A DNA stretch of 58,579 bases from Priapulus caudatus (GCF_000485595.1 NW_014577062.1:1223965-1282543), one strand, 5' to 3'; shown: positions 11,770-24,244, numbered from the stretch's first letter. The notes: generated by a model not told the origin, from the sequence alone. Made by a program: numbers and translations.

Positions 11770-13325
11770 ACAGTATTGCGTAACGTAAATTAAATTTGGG
11801 CTGACACAAAACCTACGTTGGTCTGGCCTGTGATCTAAACCTATTAACAATTATCAACGACAATATCAGCTATTATAACGCCCACTAACACGGCAGATTC
11901 CGATTTTTAACGAATCCCTGATCGCTCATCGAGAATTTTTTCTCTGGAGAGGCGATCATCTACATTACGTAGGCTGTGCGAAATAAATGTGTCGGACGAT
12001 CAAGCGCGATCTATGTTACTCCTGCCGAATCGATTTTGGCATCAATGCGCTCATATCCACGCTCAGAAGGACCCGCGGAGCAATCCAACTAGTAATTGAA
12101 TTTCTAATCATCATCAATCAGGCGTGCAATTCTCTGCCGTTGAGCTCAATATATTATCAGGAGTCTAGCAATATAATTATTATGCAACTACCGGCCATGC
12201 GTTCAACGTTATGGAAAAGTCTGCCGTATAATTAAACTATAGTATATACTCTTCCACTGTAGTTTTCATGTAGTAAGCCCTAAAATTGTACAGTAAGCTT
12301 TATATTACGGTAATAACTGCAGTACCAGTGCGGTACTTCGGTAATATAATATTCATTACGTACACTGTAGTGATAAATTAATGTAGGCATTATTGCATGT
12401 AGCAACGTGTACAGCAATAGGTTAATTCGCACAGTGTTGTATGCGCCATTTGCTCTCTTGATCGGTCTATCACCATGACAACTAGCTGAATAATAAATCA
12501 ACGGATACTACAGAGGCGTCCCTTAATAAAAGTTTTGCGGTGAATCTTCTGACAATCATATCGATTGTACCATCTAGTATTTGAGAATTCTAGGCCATCC
12601 TGCTAGAGAGTATCCTTTCATCTTGCAGGGCTGGTGACACCACGATGAACGCTGCTATCTCCAGCCTAATGCACCTACGGGAGCAGCAGCGGCCCGCCAG
12701 GGGCATCACAAGTCAGCTAATGCATCTACGGCAGCGACAATCGACCACTAGGGGGTCTCGATAGGTGTACATGGATATATTACGTGCCTACTGAAGTTCT
12801 CCAGTATTGCCGGATACATCGTCACCGCAATTCGTTCACAGTTGTTACTGCACAGACTCTCGTGAGTGGCTCGTACCGTTGTTTTTTGCTGACAACACAT
12901 GAAGCGCTGACGTCATGATGGCCGCTCCGTCGCCATCACCAGCACCCCGGCGTTGTCCCCCGAGCGGCAGCACTCGCCTGTTGCGCGGTCTACAAATCTG
13001 CCAACGTCCGTCGACTCCCAAGTGTTACAGCTTTCAGATTGTGCCTACGCGTGAATTTGAAGTCGTTAGCAGGAGCGCGAGTGATGAAGTCGTCAACGAC
13101 TCTGTAAATGAAGCTTGGTCGAGATTGCCAGTACGCGCCTTGGCAGATACTCGCGCCTAGCTAACGAGGATTACACAGCAGATTTGTGCATTCCAAGTAA
13201 AATACGTACCAGAACTTTCTGAAGAAAGCGCCTTCCCTCCGAAGAGGGATTACTTCATTTCACAATAGCACCTACTTATCTCTTCGATCGATAACCCAAT
13301 GCTTCTATCGTTAGCAATTCTTTTC

Positions 13326-13600
13326 AAAATATAGCACTGCCCCTGCCAGAAATAGCTCTACCCCTCATACAAATAGCTGTACCCTTCTTACAAGTAGCTC
13401 TACCTCTCTTACAAATAACCCAAACCCTCTCACAAATAGCCCAACCCCTCCAACAGATAGCCCAACCCCTGCCGCACATAGCCCCATCCTGCCACAAACA
13501 GCCCCACGCTGCACACGGTAGCCCCACCTCTCCCACAGATAGTCTCACCCCTCCCGCGGACAGCCCCACCCCTCCCGCGGACAGCCCCACCCCTCCCGCA
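13326..13600. repeat. Degenerate 21-bp minisatellite
   Basis: Units like acaaatagccccacccctccc / ggacagccccacccctcccgc at about 21-bp spacing. Confidence 0.8.
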
Positions 13601-14651
13601 GATATGCACCGAGCGCTGCGTCGCCGGTCTCACTTCGAGGCTGAGCGGGAGGCTCAGCGTCGCTCCAGCGTGCACGTGCTTCGCGAGCCCCCAGCCAGAG
13701 GTGCTGCCATCCGGCGGGCGTCTATCGGCGTCCCGCCAGGCTACCGCGGCACGGGGCCGGCCGCCGACAGTTCGCCGGAAACGGACACAGGCGGCGCTGC
13801 AATCGCTGAAATTAGCACCACTGCCGTCGGCGTGTGTGTCGGCTGTGTGGCTATTTTAGTCGTCGGCTCGCTTCTCTACTCGCTGACAAGAGTGATGGCG
13901 GAATGAGAGATTTAATTGCTCGAGCTCACATCGGAAGTGATGACGTGACAACGGAAGCGGCCACCTTCTGTGTACGAGAACGCTATAGATATGAACACGT
14001 AATTATTATGAGTTACACTGGCGTATATAGAAGATGGCTGCTTCTATGGGTATTTGCAGCATTCATATGTTTTGACACGAATCTAGCCCTATCTTATTTA
14101 AACGAATTTCATGGCTTTATGGCTTAGATTTCCACAATCATAAAATTGCTTTTATAAAACAGGTAATTTTATGGAAAATAACGCGCAACAGTCCGTGACT
14201 CCCCCAAAACGTGCCGCCACATTGAAATGCATCAATAAATGGCGCTTACCAGTCATTAGACATCGATTTAGAAAGTTACTAGAATTAGCGTCACTGCCTT
14301 TCGCGCTAAAATGGAGGTTCACCCACGTCATGGCAATGAAAGCTTTCGCGGTTTCCTCGTGACTGACTCGGTGGTGCCAATCTATAAACTGTATAACGCT
14401 CCTATATATAGGAAAACAGCCCTGTGGCGGCTGAATCAGGCTGACTAATTAGTAAGTAATGAGCTTATATAATTACATTCATCACGATTAGTTACCATCT
14501 GTTGCCGATTCGTGACCACAGCCATAAAAAGCCAATGATAATCCACAGATGCTCGTGTCACCGTAGCTGGCTCTCCCCGCTCGATATACTGATCCGTGTC
14601 TAGCACGCATAGCTCCTAGCACAGGTCAGTAGGGAGACGGTCAGAAACGCC

Positions 14652-14653
<2 letters not shown>

Positions 14654-14695
<42 letters not shown>

Positions 14696-14865
14696 AGAGA
14701 GAGAGAGAGAGAGAAAGAGAAAGAGAGAAAGAGGGGAGAGGTATAGGAAGGATAGATAGGAGAGATAGGAGACAAAGAAAGAGATAGGGAAGAGAAAGAG
14801 AGAGAGAGAAGAAAGAGATAGGGAAGAGAAAGAGAGAAAGAGAAAAAATAGAGAATCCTAGATAA

Positions 14866-14902
<37 letters not shown>

Positions 14903-14925
14903 GAGAGAGATAGAAGAAGAAAAAA
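14654..14925. repeat. (GA)n / (GATA)n compound microsatellite
   Basis: Visible directly. Confidence 0.9.
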
Positions 14926-15175
14926 GGAAAACAGCGGGAAGCGATCATCTAGGCTATTACCAGACTTATTTCTACACATTAGTTGGTTGACTACGCAGGC
15001 GGTGCTTGTTATTCGCTTCGCCGAGTATTTTATACTCCCAGGCAATCTCACCAGGCGCGTTCGCACTACCAAGTAACACGATTAGGTAAACCTTATAGGG
15101 GCGAAAATTGTAATATACATATATATCGTAAGCGTGAAATTCAGTGAATTCGTGGAGCATTTGGATATGTAACTG

Positions 15176-15226
<51 letters not shown>

Positions 15227-16216
15227 ACGTGCGCGCATGCGTGTTTAATATAATAGCAAATTTGGGAATTGACAACAGCATGGCCACGCACGATTACCTC
15301 GAGTGGCATTTTCAGTAGCACCGAAGCTTTTGCTGCGCTAGTGCCGACAACGTGTACTATGCTGATAGTACCATCGCCATAAGCACCATCGCCTCAATGC
15401 GCCACTATCTATCCAGACCTGTCACATAATATTATGCGTATCAGCTCAGACTCGCGCGCACAGTGGTCGTCTCTGACTGCAGTGTCTTCCGTATTCCGCC
15501 GGCCTATAATCAATGCATTGTCCGTGCGCCGTCAGTCCATTGACCGGTGCTAACTGACGGCCAGCAATCCCAATATAATCTTATTCATTGCCGGTATCGG
15601 CGTAAACGCTAGTAAGCGGAGATACGCCGTGCGCGTATAGCACGTCATGCGTCGAATTTCGTAGATTGAATTATATATTGGTATCGATATGCTGTCCGTG
15701 AATTTATATGTAAATACGTGGAGCATGCTATAATTATAGATTAAGTGCACGCGATGCCGTGTATGAAGAGTAACGTAATGCGATGTGTCACGAACCAATA
15801 AAAATATTGACTAAAATGAGCGCGCTATTCATGAGTGAATATTTTCATTCTAGCAACGGATTTGTAGCAGCGTGCTCGTTCCGGGTTGCGTGCGAACCTG
15901 TAATGGCGTTTAAAGGATATAACAACCGTGTTCGGAATGTCAATAATAGTCATGAATACAAAATTAACTACTCGATCGTGCATGTATTTTATAATTAATA
16001 TACATCATACACAGAGATCCATTTTAATTAAAATTAAATCAATATGATTGCACACTTTAACCATACCCCGCGTATTTAATAACGTGGTCATTATTTCTTA
16101 TCAAACTAATGGCGACATTGCGTGGGCGCCTACGATCTTCTAATGGAATCATGTTGTACTAATGCTAACGTCATTAAAGATGCAACGTGGGCGTTGTCAT
16201 GGCTCCAGAGCATCAA

Positions 16217-17656
16217 TTAGCTCGCAGCTTTCGATGTTGCATTGACTCCGTCGGCTTGCGGCAGTGCGTCAGGGAAGCCGTACAGGATTTGCCGCGCCAT
16301 CTCACCGAACGGCGTGTCCAGCGACCGGATCGAGTTCTCGTCGTGTTCCGGGATCGGGTCATCTGGGGTCAGATAGTACCTGTGGTTATACAGCAGGTGC
16401 AGCGCGTCGAAGGCGCGCCAGTCGAGCGGGCCGTGGAAGATGCGATAGCACAGGTTCGTCACGCCGAACTTCTCGGGTACGGCGTGCACCAGCCACGGAT
16501 AGCGATTGAGTATCTTCTCCGTCGGCAGGTCGCCGCCATTGTAGTACCAGCGGCTGGCATTGTACTCGGCGTACGAGCGCATGTAGAGTCGCAGGAACAT
16601 CGAGCGCTTGTTGGCGATCAGCAGCTGGTTGCCCATCGACTCGCCGTGTCGCCAGCCGACGGTGAACTCGTAGCGACGGTAGTCGTCGAGCGGGCGCAGC
16701 ACGAGCATGTCGTTGTCGACGTAGATGCCGCCGTGCTGCCGAAGCACCGACAACCGCGCCACGTCCGACGAGTGATGCACGTGCGCCAGCGCGCGGCCAA
16801 ACACCTTCTTCGGGCGCGGCATGTACTTGACCTTGACGGCCGGTGCGTCCTTGATCATGTCCCAGTAGCGACCAGACGGCGCCTTGTTGCAGTGCACGTA
16901 GAGCACGTCGGGCCGCACGTTAAGCAGCGCCGCCCTGATGGCGAGCATCTCGACGAAGGTGACGTGCGGCTGGTAGAAGCGCACGAAGTGCACGACGTTA
17001 GGCACGACGTAGCCGTCGACGTCGGCGACGATCAGATGTCGGTGCACCGACCGCGGGTCGTACGCGAACTCCGGCGGGTCCGTCGGCGACCGCTGCTGCT
17101 GCTGCTGCTGCTGCCGCTGCGCGGCGCTGCTGTCTACATCTGAATCCGCGTCGCCCCTGGCTTTCTGTGACACCGGGTTCCAGGGCTGCCCCCGTGCGGA
17201 CGCGTCGTCGTTGATGAGTGCGGTCATCTTCAACGCGTCGTTTTTTTGATTTACTCCGTTGTCGCGGAGACGCTGGCGCGCCACCACTTCGCGAGCCCCC
17301 ACCGGGCCGATGAACCGCTGATTGTCTAGCTCCTGATCGTGGGGGCGCCACGCGAGGTGCTGGGCGTGCGACGCGCCCTCTAGCGGTACCGCGTTGCGGT
17401 GCCATGGCTGGTCATCGAGCAGGGGGACGGCGACGCGGCTGATGTCGCGCGGCGAGCGCATGTGAGCGGTAAACATGCGCTCCCTCTGTACGACACGCAG
17501 CTCGTACACACCGAGCACGGCGTATAGGCTGCCGACGATCGCCATCTTCACTAGCAGCAACCACCGGCCCGAGCAGCGCGCGCGTACACCCCCTGGCGGG
17601 GCAACTAGTACGCGAGCGCCCCCTGTCGGGGCACCTGGCGCACCGGAGTCCATCAT
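16217..17656 (-). CDS. GT32-family (DXD sugar-binding, alpha-1,4-glycosyltransferase-like) type II membrane glycosyltransferase, single coding exon, 479 aa
   Basis: Long GC-rich uninterrupted ORF. Short cytoplasmic N-terminus, TM segment WLLLVKMAIVGSLYAVLGVYEL, stem with a polyQ run, then VPNVVHF, HHSSDVARLSVLRQHGGIYVDNDMLVLRPLD (SD..R...L...GG.Y.DxD signature) and NQLLIA...FL, as in the PF04488/GT32 family. Confidence 0.93.
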   Translation of the reverse strand: MMDSGAPGAPTGGARVLVAPPGGVRARCSGRWLLLVKMAIVGSLYAVLGVYELRVVQRERMFTAHMRSPRDISRVAVPLLDDQPWHRNAVPLEGASHAQHLAWRPHDQELDNQRFIGPVGAREVVARQRLRDNGVNQKNDALKMTALINDDASARGQPWNPVSQKARGDADSDVDSSAAQRQQQQQQQRSPTDPPEFAYDPRSVHRHLIVADVDGYVVPNVVHFVRFYQPHVTFVEMLAIRAALLNVRPDVLYVHCNKAPSGRYWDMIKDAPAVKVKYMPRPKKVFGRALAHVHHSSDVARLSVLRQHGGIYVDNDMLVLRPLDDYRRYEFTVGWRHGESMGNQLLIANKRSMFLRLYMRSYAEYNASRWYYNGGDLPTEKILNRYPWLVHAVPEKFGVTNLCYRIFHGPLDWRAFDALHLLYNHRYYLTPDDPIPEHDENSIRSLDTPFGEMARQILYGFPDALPQADGVNATSKAAS

Positions 17657-18064
17657 TGGCGCTGGCCAGTGAAATGATTGTCGGTCATCTTATACTCAGT
17701 TATATCCGCTCAGCTTACGTCACACCGGCTTGCGGATGTACCAAGGCCGATTACGTCATAGGGGCATAGTTTGTTTTAATGGCAGCAGGATTTTGTAGCG
17801 CGTGCGCCCGAGGGCAGGTTGTACGTCCACCAAGACGCGCTCGCGCTTTGAAGCTAGTAATTATCGGTCTAGTCGATAGTCCCATTAGGCCAGTAAAGGA
17901 GACTCCAGCCGCGATGTCATGTAGCAAGGTAGACCTCCACTATCCCGTCACAATGCAGGTAGCTCAGTGCTGGCGAGGTACTCGATCGAATCTGGCAATA
18001 ATAGCTGAAAAGGTGAATGATGGCGCCTTAGACAGTAAGCCTGCGACGATCTATCTAGTCACCG

Positions 18065-18340
18065 ATTTCCGCTTGTCCGACACTCTGTGCGTCCGTCTGC
18101 TTGTCTGCGCGTTTAATCGTTCGACACTCTGTCCGTCCGTCTGCCGGTCTGCACGTTTAATCGTTCGACACTCTGTCCGTGCAGCTATGCGTTTAATCGA
18201 TAGACACTCTGTCCGTCCGTCTGCTTGTCTGCGCGTTTAATCGTTCGACACTCTGTCCGTCCGTCTGCCTGTCTGCGCGTTTAATCGTTCGACACTCTGT
18301 CCGTCCGTCTGCCGGTCTGCACGTTTAATCGTCCGACATT
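18065..18340. repeat. About 44-bp minisatellite
   Basis: tttaatcgttcgacactctgtccgtccgtctgc... repeated about 6 times. Confidence 0.85.
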
Positions 18341-19499
18341 CCGTCTATCGGTCTTCTTACCTTCATTGCTCACGAGAGGTGTCTGTGCAGGCATCCAACT
18401 GTTGTAACTCACGCACTGATCAGAAAAAAACAGTTACCGCTGCTCAAATATCATACGGTTAGCCTCTATAGATACAATACATTCGTAATGGCTCATCACC
18501 TGAGCTGATGATGCTATGATAACATGTCCAGGAGAGCTGCGCCACTAATACTCTGTAAATGTACTTATAGTATAACTGTCATACACTCTGTCACTGTGCT
18601 TATAGTATACCGGTCACACAGTCAGGTACTGTGCTTACATTATAACAGCCACGAACACACTGTCTGCCACTGACCTTATAGTAAAGTCGTTTACACACTC
18701 TGTCACTGTGTTTACAGTAGAACTGTCACAAAATCCCTCACGCTATGCTTATGGTGTAACCATCACAAACACACTGTCACTTTGCTCTTACGCACTCATT
18801 GAACGTGCATGCAGTTTAACTGCCGCATAGTCTGTGCCACTGTGATTGTGGTATTTCCCTGTCATACGCTCTCTGCCACTGCGCCTGTGGTATTCCAGCG
18901 ATAATTACTGTGTTCGTGTGAACGACCAGTGAATGAACCGGCGATGGGCATTTGGTCGGCACACTATACATGTCCGCGACGTGGCAGCGATGTTGTGGTG
19001 GTGATCTGAATTGGAAATAACCCCACGGGGAACATCGTTGATCAGTCATGTGTGTCAGAGAGCCAGGTTGTCCGAGGACGACGGCCCGGCCGTCACCCGC
19101 ACAGAATGCTATGCAGAAAGGCGAGGAAGCCGTACACTATGTATGTTATCGTAAGAGATGATTGCAAACTAAGCGTATATAATTACAATAACATGTGACA
19201 TTAGAAAAGGGTGTTTATGCCCCCTCCCTGCGGCCTGTGCGTGTCGTATGAACATATATTCATATTGTCACCTACACTGACATCTACCAGTGTTGTCAGC
19301 AATCCTGACGTCTACCTGTGTTGTTATCCACCGGGACCATGTTGCCACGGCGGTGTGGGCGCTTGTTGAAAGTCGTTTAGTTTGGTCGTTGTGCCGCAGC
19401 TTTTCTTGCTAGCAGTTTCACTTCTTGTATAGCACATCAACTTTTTATTTGTCTGTATGGATTTTGCACTGTCTCATTGTCGCCTCCGCATTTCTTTCT

Positions 19500-19661
19500 G
19501 TCCAGTTCTCTCTGCCTGTCTATTTTTATCTCTCCCCTTCCCTCTCTCTCCCTCTTCGCGCGCTCTCTCTATCTCTATCTCTCCCTCTCTTGGTGTCTGT
19601 ATATATGTCTGTCTGTCTGTCTGCCTGTCTGTCTTTCTTTCTGTCTGTCTGTCTGTCTGTA

Positions 19662-19697
<36 letters not shown>

Positions 19698-19980
19698 GGT
19701 CTGTCTGTCTGTCTGTATGTGTGTCTGTGTGTCAGTATGTGTGTCTGTCTGTTGGCCTGTCTGTCTGTCTGTCTGTGTGTCCGTCTGTCCGTTCGTCTGT
19801 CCGTCCGTCCTTCCGTCCGTCCGTCCGTCCGTCCGTCCGTCCGTCCGTCCGTCCGTCCGTCCGTCCGTCCGTCCGTCCGTCCGTCCGTCCGTCCGTCCGT
19901 CCGTCCGTCCGTCCGTCCGTCCGTCCGTCCGTTCGTTCGTCCATCCGTCTATCCGCCCGGACGCCCGCCCACCCGTCCGC
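19500..19980. repeat. (CT)n/(GTCT)n/(GTCC)n compound microsatellite
   Basis: Visible directly; explains the 140-228 aa low-complexity ORFs. Confidence 0.9.
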
Positions 19981-20768
19981 CCGCGGCATACGTGCATATA
20001 GGAAAGTTTATCGCTTTTCCTCCCGCCTCTCTATATTTCTCTCATCTTATTATCTTTTCTCACTCTATATCTCTGACATTCCGTTTCAAACACTACCGTT
20101 CTCAAAATTAATTTCTCCTTCATTAATAATATGTAAATAATGTAATTGATTAATAATTACTAAAACACGACGTTTCGTCACTCACCACTGAAACGATGCA
20201 CCGGCGTGACCAGCAACACCGCCAGCCTACCTCTACCACGTACCTCGCACGTACACGCCACTCCCCTCCCTAAATCTGACTTTTATCATGACTCTACGTG
20301 TAGCCTAAGCTAGTGGATCGAGTTGTTTTTCCTTCCGGCATATACCTAATTATGTATTTGCCTGCCCTTGAAAACAATAGGGAATTGAGCGCGTCCTTGT
20401 CCGTGAAATCCCCTGGCTAAAATTTGCAAATAGACTAGGTTGCGCGCACACATGTATTAATCATGATGCCTACCTCTGAACGGTACCAATCAAGAGACAC
20501 AAGTGACGCGATGATGTTAGTGAGTACAATCAACGTACAATACAGAGCACAGTATGATCATTGCTTCCGCTTTTCCAATTCGCTCCGGTTGAATTATTGC
20601 TCGGCAATGGTGATCGACGCCATGTAGGCTACTGAAATTACACTATCAACGTTACATCTCGGTATCTAACGAACGGTAAATCGTAGATTACGTCGTACTA
20701 ATAAGGCAGAGATGGCGTTACTGATAAGACATTCATCAATGGAATTGCGCATACCACCGAGATAAAAT

Positions 20769-20820
20769 CAGGAGTAAGATAATATAGGCCTATAATATAA
20801 CCTATATTATCTTACTCCTG
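20769..20820. mobile_element. 52-bp palindromic micro-element / putative P-superfamily footprint 1
   Basis: caggagtaagataatatagg, 12-bp spacer, exact reverse complement; ataaaat duplicated on both sides (20762-20768, 20821-20827). Confidence 0.75.
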
Positions 20821-21444
20821 ATAAAATCGTTAGAGCTTGCATGAAGGTGCCTCTACGTCGCTAGTATAAAACCGCTACACCAAGCCGTAGAACGTGTTCG
20901 AATAGTGTACAGGAAGCTAGTGGTTTTGTTGTTATTGAATTGCTAGCGTTAGGCACTAAAGGCGCTTAAAACCAGTTTTAACGAGCACGTAAATTGAGAT
21001 CATATCGGAGCCGTAAGGGACGTGGTCTTGCAGCCGTGGACAGAGATGTCGCTCTCGTGCACGTTGCACCGAATCAACCGTAAAATCTGCCCGAGGCAAA
21101 ACTTTTTATTCTTTAGCGCGGAATCGTTTGAAATCTCTCAAATGCTTGCGCGGGCGTACATACGCAAAGAAACCAGTATTGTCCGCGCTATAAGTTCAAG
21201 CACCCTTATTCGCCCCATTGATCATCCGGATAGCTAAAGTTGGACAGGAAGTTCAAGTACCTACTGCGAATAGTTATCACTACCCATCATCGCTGGACAG
21301 CACTCACATTTTAAGCGCGTTAGAAATGCTAACGGGATTCCCTCTCCGCCGTTTGTTTCTCCGTTTGTTGTAAGATATGACCCTACATCTTGTTCCGCAA
21401 GTGACCGCTTGTCGAGTTTTAATATAGCATTAATTGTTTATACA

Positions 21445-21840
21445 TACCAGGTATGATACACCAGGTATGATACACCAGGTATGATACACAAGGTATGATA
21501 CACCAGGTATGATACACCAGGTGTGATACACCAGGTGTGATACACCAGGTATGATACACCAGGTATGATACACCAAGTATGATACACAGGTGTGATACAC
21601 CAGGTATGATACACCAGGTATGATACACAAGGTATGATACACCAAGTATGATACACAAGGTATGATACACCATGTGTGATACACCAGGTGTGATACACCA
21701 GGTATGATACACAAGGTATAATACACCAGGTGTGATACACCAGGTGTGATACACCAGGTATGATACACCAGGTATGATACACCAGGTATGATACACCATG
21801 TGTGATACACCAGGTATGATACACCAGGTATGATACATCA
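21445..21840. repeat. 14-bp minisatellite (atgatacaccaggt)n
   Basis: About 28 near-identical units. Confidence 0.95.
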
Positions 21841-21973
21841 GGTTTGTGCCTATTCGGCATAGCCCAGGTTTGATGTATTTCGAGCATGCTAATAAACGCT
21901 TATATCACTATTCTCAGATAGTGCAACATCTTGAATGCTCTAACATACACTGTATGTGTTTTTTAAACTACCA

Positions 21974-22882
21974 CTAGCGGGATACCCGGCGTTACCCGGG
22001 GAAATCAGTGGCGTTACTCAGTTGGTGACCGCTTGGTTGAAAGGAAAATACCTCAAAAAATCTAACTATCTATCTATCCAAGCATCCATCCATCCATCAC
22101 ATTCCATGCCATCCCATCCCATCTCATCGCACCGCATCCCATCCCATATCCCATCCCATCCCATCTCATCGCATCCCATGCCACCCAATGACATCCGATG
22201 CCATGCCATGCCATGCCATGCCATGCCATGCCATTCCATCCCATCCCATCCTATCCCATCCTATCCCATCTCATCCCAAACAATAAAAAATAATAAGAAA
22301 TCAGAAGATAAAAGACATTAAAATAAAAAAGTAAAAAATTTAAATAATAAAATAAAATTATATAAAAAATATAATAATATTTGATCTGTAACCTACATAG
22401 GCTTCCGTGAAGTGTTCCCGTCAGTTTGCGCTATTATTATCATGTACAATCGTTTATTCTGGATTTTTACTAAACGTTTTAATGTAGTAAAAAATTTTAA
22501 ATTTTGAAATTAACGGTGAAGCGGCAGAAGTACATACTAAACAGTGCAAAATAAAGAAACAGAATTTCCCGAGGTGGGATTCGAATCCAGAATCAATGGT
22601 CTTGGGGTACGATGCTTTATGCATTCGGCCACTGGGGCGGTATGGTTACAGAATATGATTAACACGTTGGAGATGGACAACAGATATCCCTCGTTCTATT
22701 TATAGATTGTGTACAGATTTTCAAGGTTTCCCTCGCAAAATCACATTTTCGGAGGTTACATTTTCTTCCAAAGTTGAGATGCAAGATACGGAATCATTGT
22801 CGACACGTGGTGTACGTTTCACGCCCAGCCATTCACCCCCTCTGGAGTATTTAGCCGGAATGTCTTACTTTAATAGTATAGA
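21974..22882 (-). mobile_element. Non-autonomous Helitron
   Basis: On the minus strand it starts A|TCTATACTATTAAAG (22882) and ends CCCGGGTAACGCCGGG hairpin (22000-21985), then TATCCCG-CTAG|T (21974). 5'-TC, 3'-CTAG, subterminal hairpin and A|T insertion with no TSD are the canonical Helitron signature. Contains a (CCATC/CCATG)n tract and a tRNA-like segment. Confidence 0.85.
22568..22638 (-). pseudogene. Degenerate tRNA-derived (SINE-head-like) segment inside the Helitron
   Basis: Minus strand GCCCCAGTGGCCGAATGCATAAAGCA...GGATTCGAATCCCACCTCGGG has A-box-like and B-box-like motifs at tRNA spacing. The anticodon arm does not pair well, so it is not a functional tRNA. Confidence 0.7.
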
Positions 22883-23088
22883 TTCTGAATTTCGAATTGT
22901 ATTTCGAATACTATTGCACCTGTACTAAAATGTTTTTACGATGTACAGCGAAATAACCACTTGCAGAAAATGCGCAAACTTGCGCATCCGGATTATTGCA
23001 GACGTTTAAACTTCGGTTAAGAAATGACTAGTGTACGCAAACTGATACAGATGAAAAGGGACCGGTGACATCTTTTGAGCCGTTATCT

Positions 23089-23366
23089 CCCGGGGGGAGG
23101 GGGGCACTCCATATATATTGCATGGTAGGTATGTGCCGCGGGAGAGACCCACCTTTTTCACCCTAAATTTCCGTTTAGTTTCAGTGCATCTCTTACTTCC
23201 CGCATTTTTAAGAATATCTCGTTCTAGAGTATTACAAGTTTACATTTTCGAACATACCCAGTTCCAGAGCATCCCATATTCAACAAACATTAGTTCCAGA
23301 GACCACCATTTTTGACTTCGCAGTGGCACATACCCACCAAAATGTAGGGTGAGCCCCCCCCCCGGG
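23089..23366. mobile_element. MITE with CCCGGGGGG...CCCCCCGGG termini
   Basis: Terminal inverted repeats plus an inner inverted pair ggtaggtatgtgcc / ggcacatacccacc. No clear TSD. Confidence 0.55.
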
Positions 23367-24059
23367 CGGCATCTACGTGGTCACCACAGCAAAACGAGTG
23401 AAAGCCAGTAGAAAGTGAAATCTAAATAGGCCAACGGGTTATCTCAATTTAAACAGTCAACATATGGTCGTTCATATATACACCCACCTGCAAGCAAACA
23501 AGTCGCAACCACAATAAATCCGCTTGTTTGAAATCGTTGCGCAGGTGTTCTTTGCTAAATCAATAGCAATTTCTCTCGCGAGCCAAAACAATTACAAAGA
23601 TTAGTGGAGCACGGATACCACGTTCATGCTAACCCAGTTCGCTTTGTCGCGCGGTTAGCGGGTCGCTAGCAACTCTCACTAGCGACTGGTAGTGAGAGTC
23701 CGCAAGTATCAATTTCAACGCTATGCATGGTTGCCCTGGAAACGAAGCGTTGTTCATCATCTAATTCAGTCGCGCGTTCTCCCCCGTGAGAGCGCGCGTG
23801 GCGTGGCGTGGTATCGGCTGACTCGGTGCGGCGTCATGCATTCGCACGATGAGTCGCGACAACCCCGCCTACCTTGCGGCGCGCGAACATCCATGCCACG
23901 ATATGTTTGCTTCCGCAAGCGTTATAGCTCATCGAGTGACACAAACCATGGCTAATGCTCAGTAATACCCGGTCGCACACGCGTGACAAGTGATAACCCA
24001 ACGCATTGACACAGTTTGTTCGCTCTGTGAGCGTGTGTGTGAGCGTATTGGTGCCTGCA

Positions 24060-24115
24060 GATGCGCGCGTGCGTGCTGTGTGTGCGTGCGCGCGCGCGCG
24101 CGCGTGTGTGTGTGG

Positions 24116-24177
<62 letters not shown>

Positions 24178-24244
24178 CGCGCGTGTGTGTGNNNNNNNNN
24201 NNNNNNNNNNNNNNNNGTGTGCGTGCGTCTGTGTGTGTGTGTGC

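Noticed and set aside
12159..12200. Extra CAGGAG starts (12159, 48103) as more micro-hairpins
   Set aside because: No matching CTCCTG arm or TSD.
16187..17143. 318-aa plus-strand ORF
   Set aside because: Antisense shadow of the GC3-rich glycosyltransferase CDS; non-ATG start and no domain.
21445..21840. Regular short repeats suggesting a CRISPR array (also 30190-30670 and 31330-33510)
   Set aside because: Head-to-tail units with no unique spacers, no cas genes and a eukaryotic context.
22568..22638. Functional tRNA gene
   Set aside because: Anticodon and acceptor stems pair poorly and it lies inside a Helitron.
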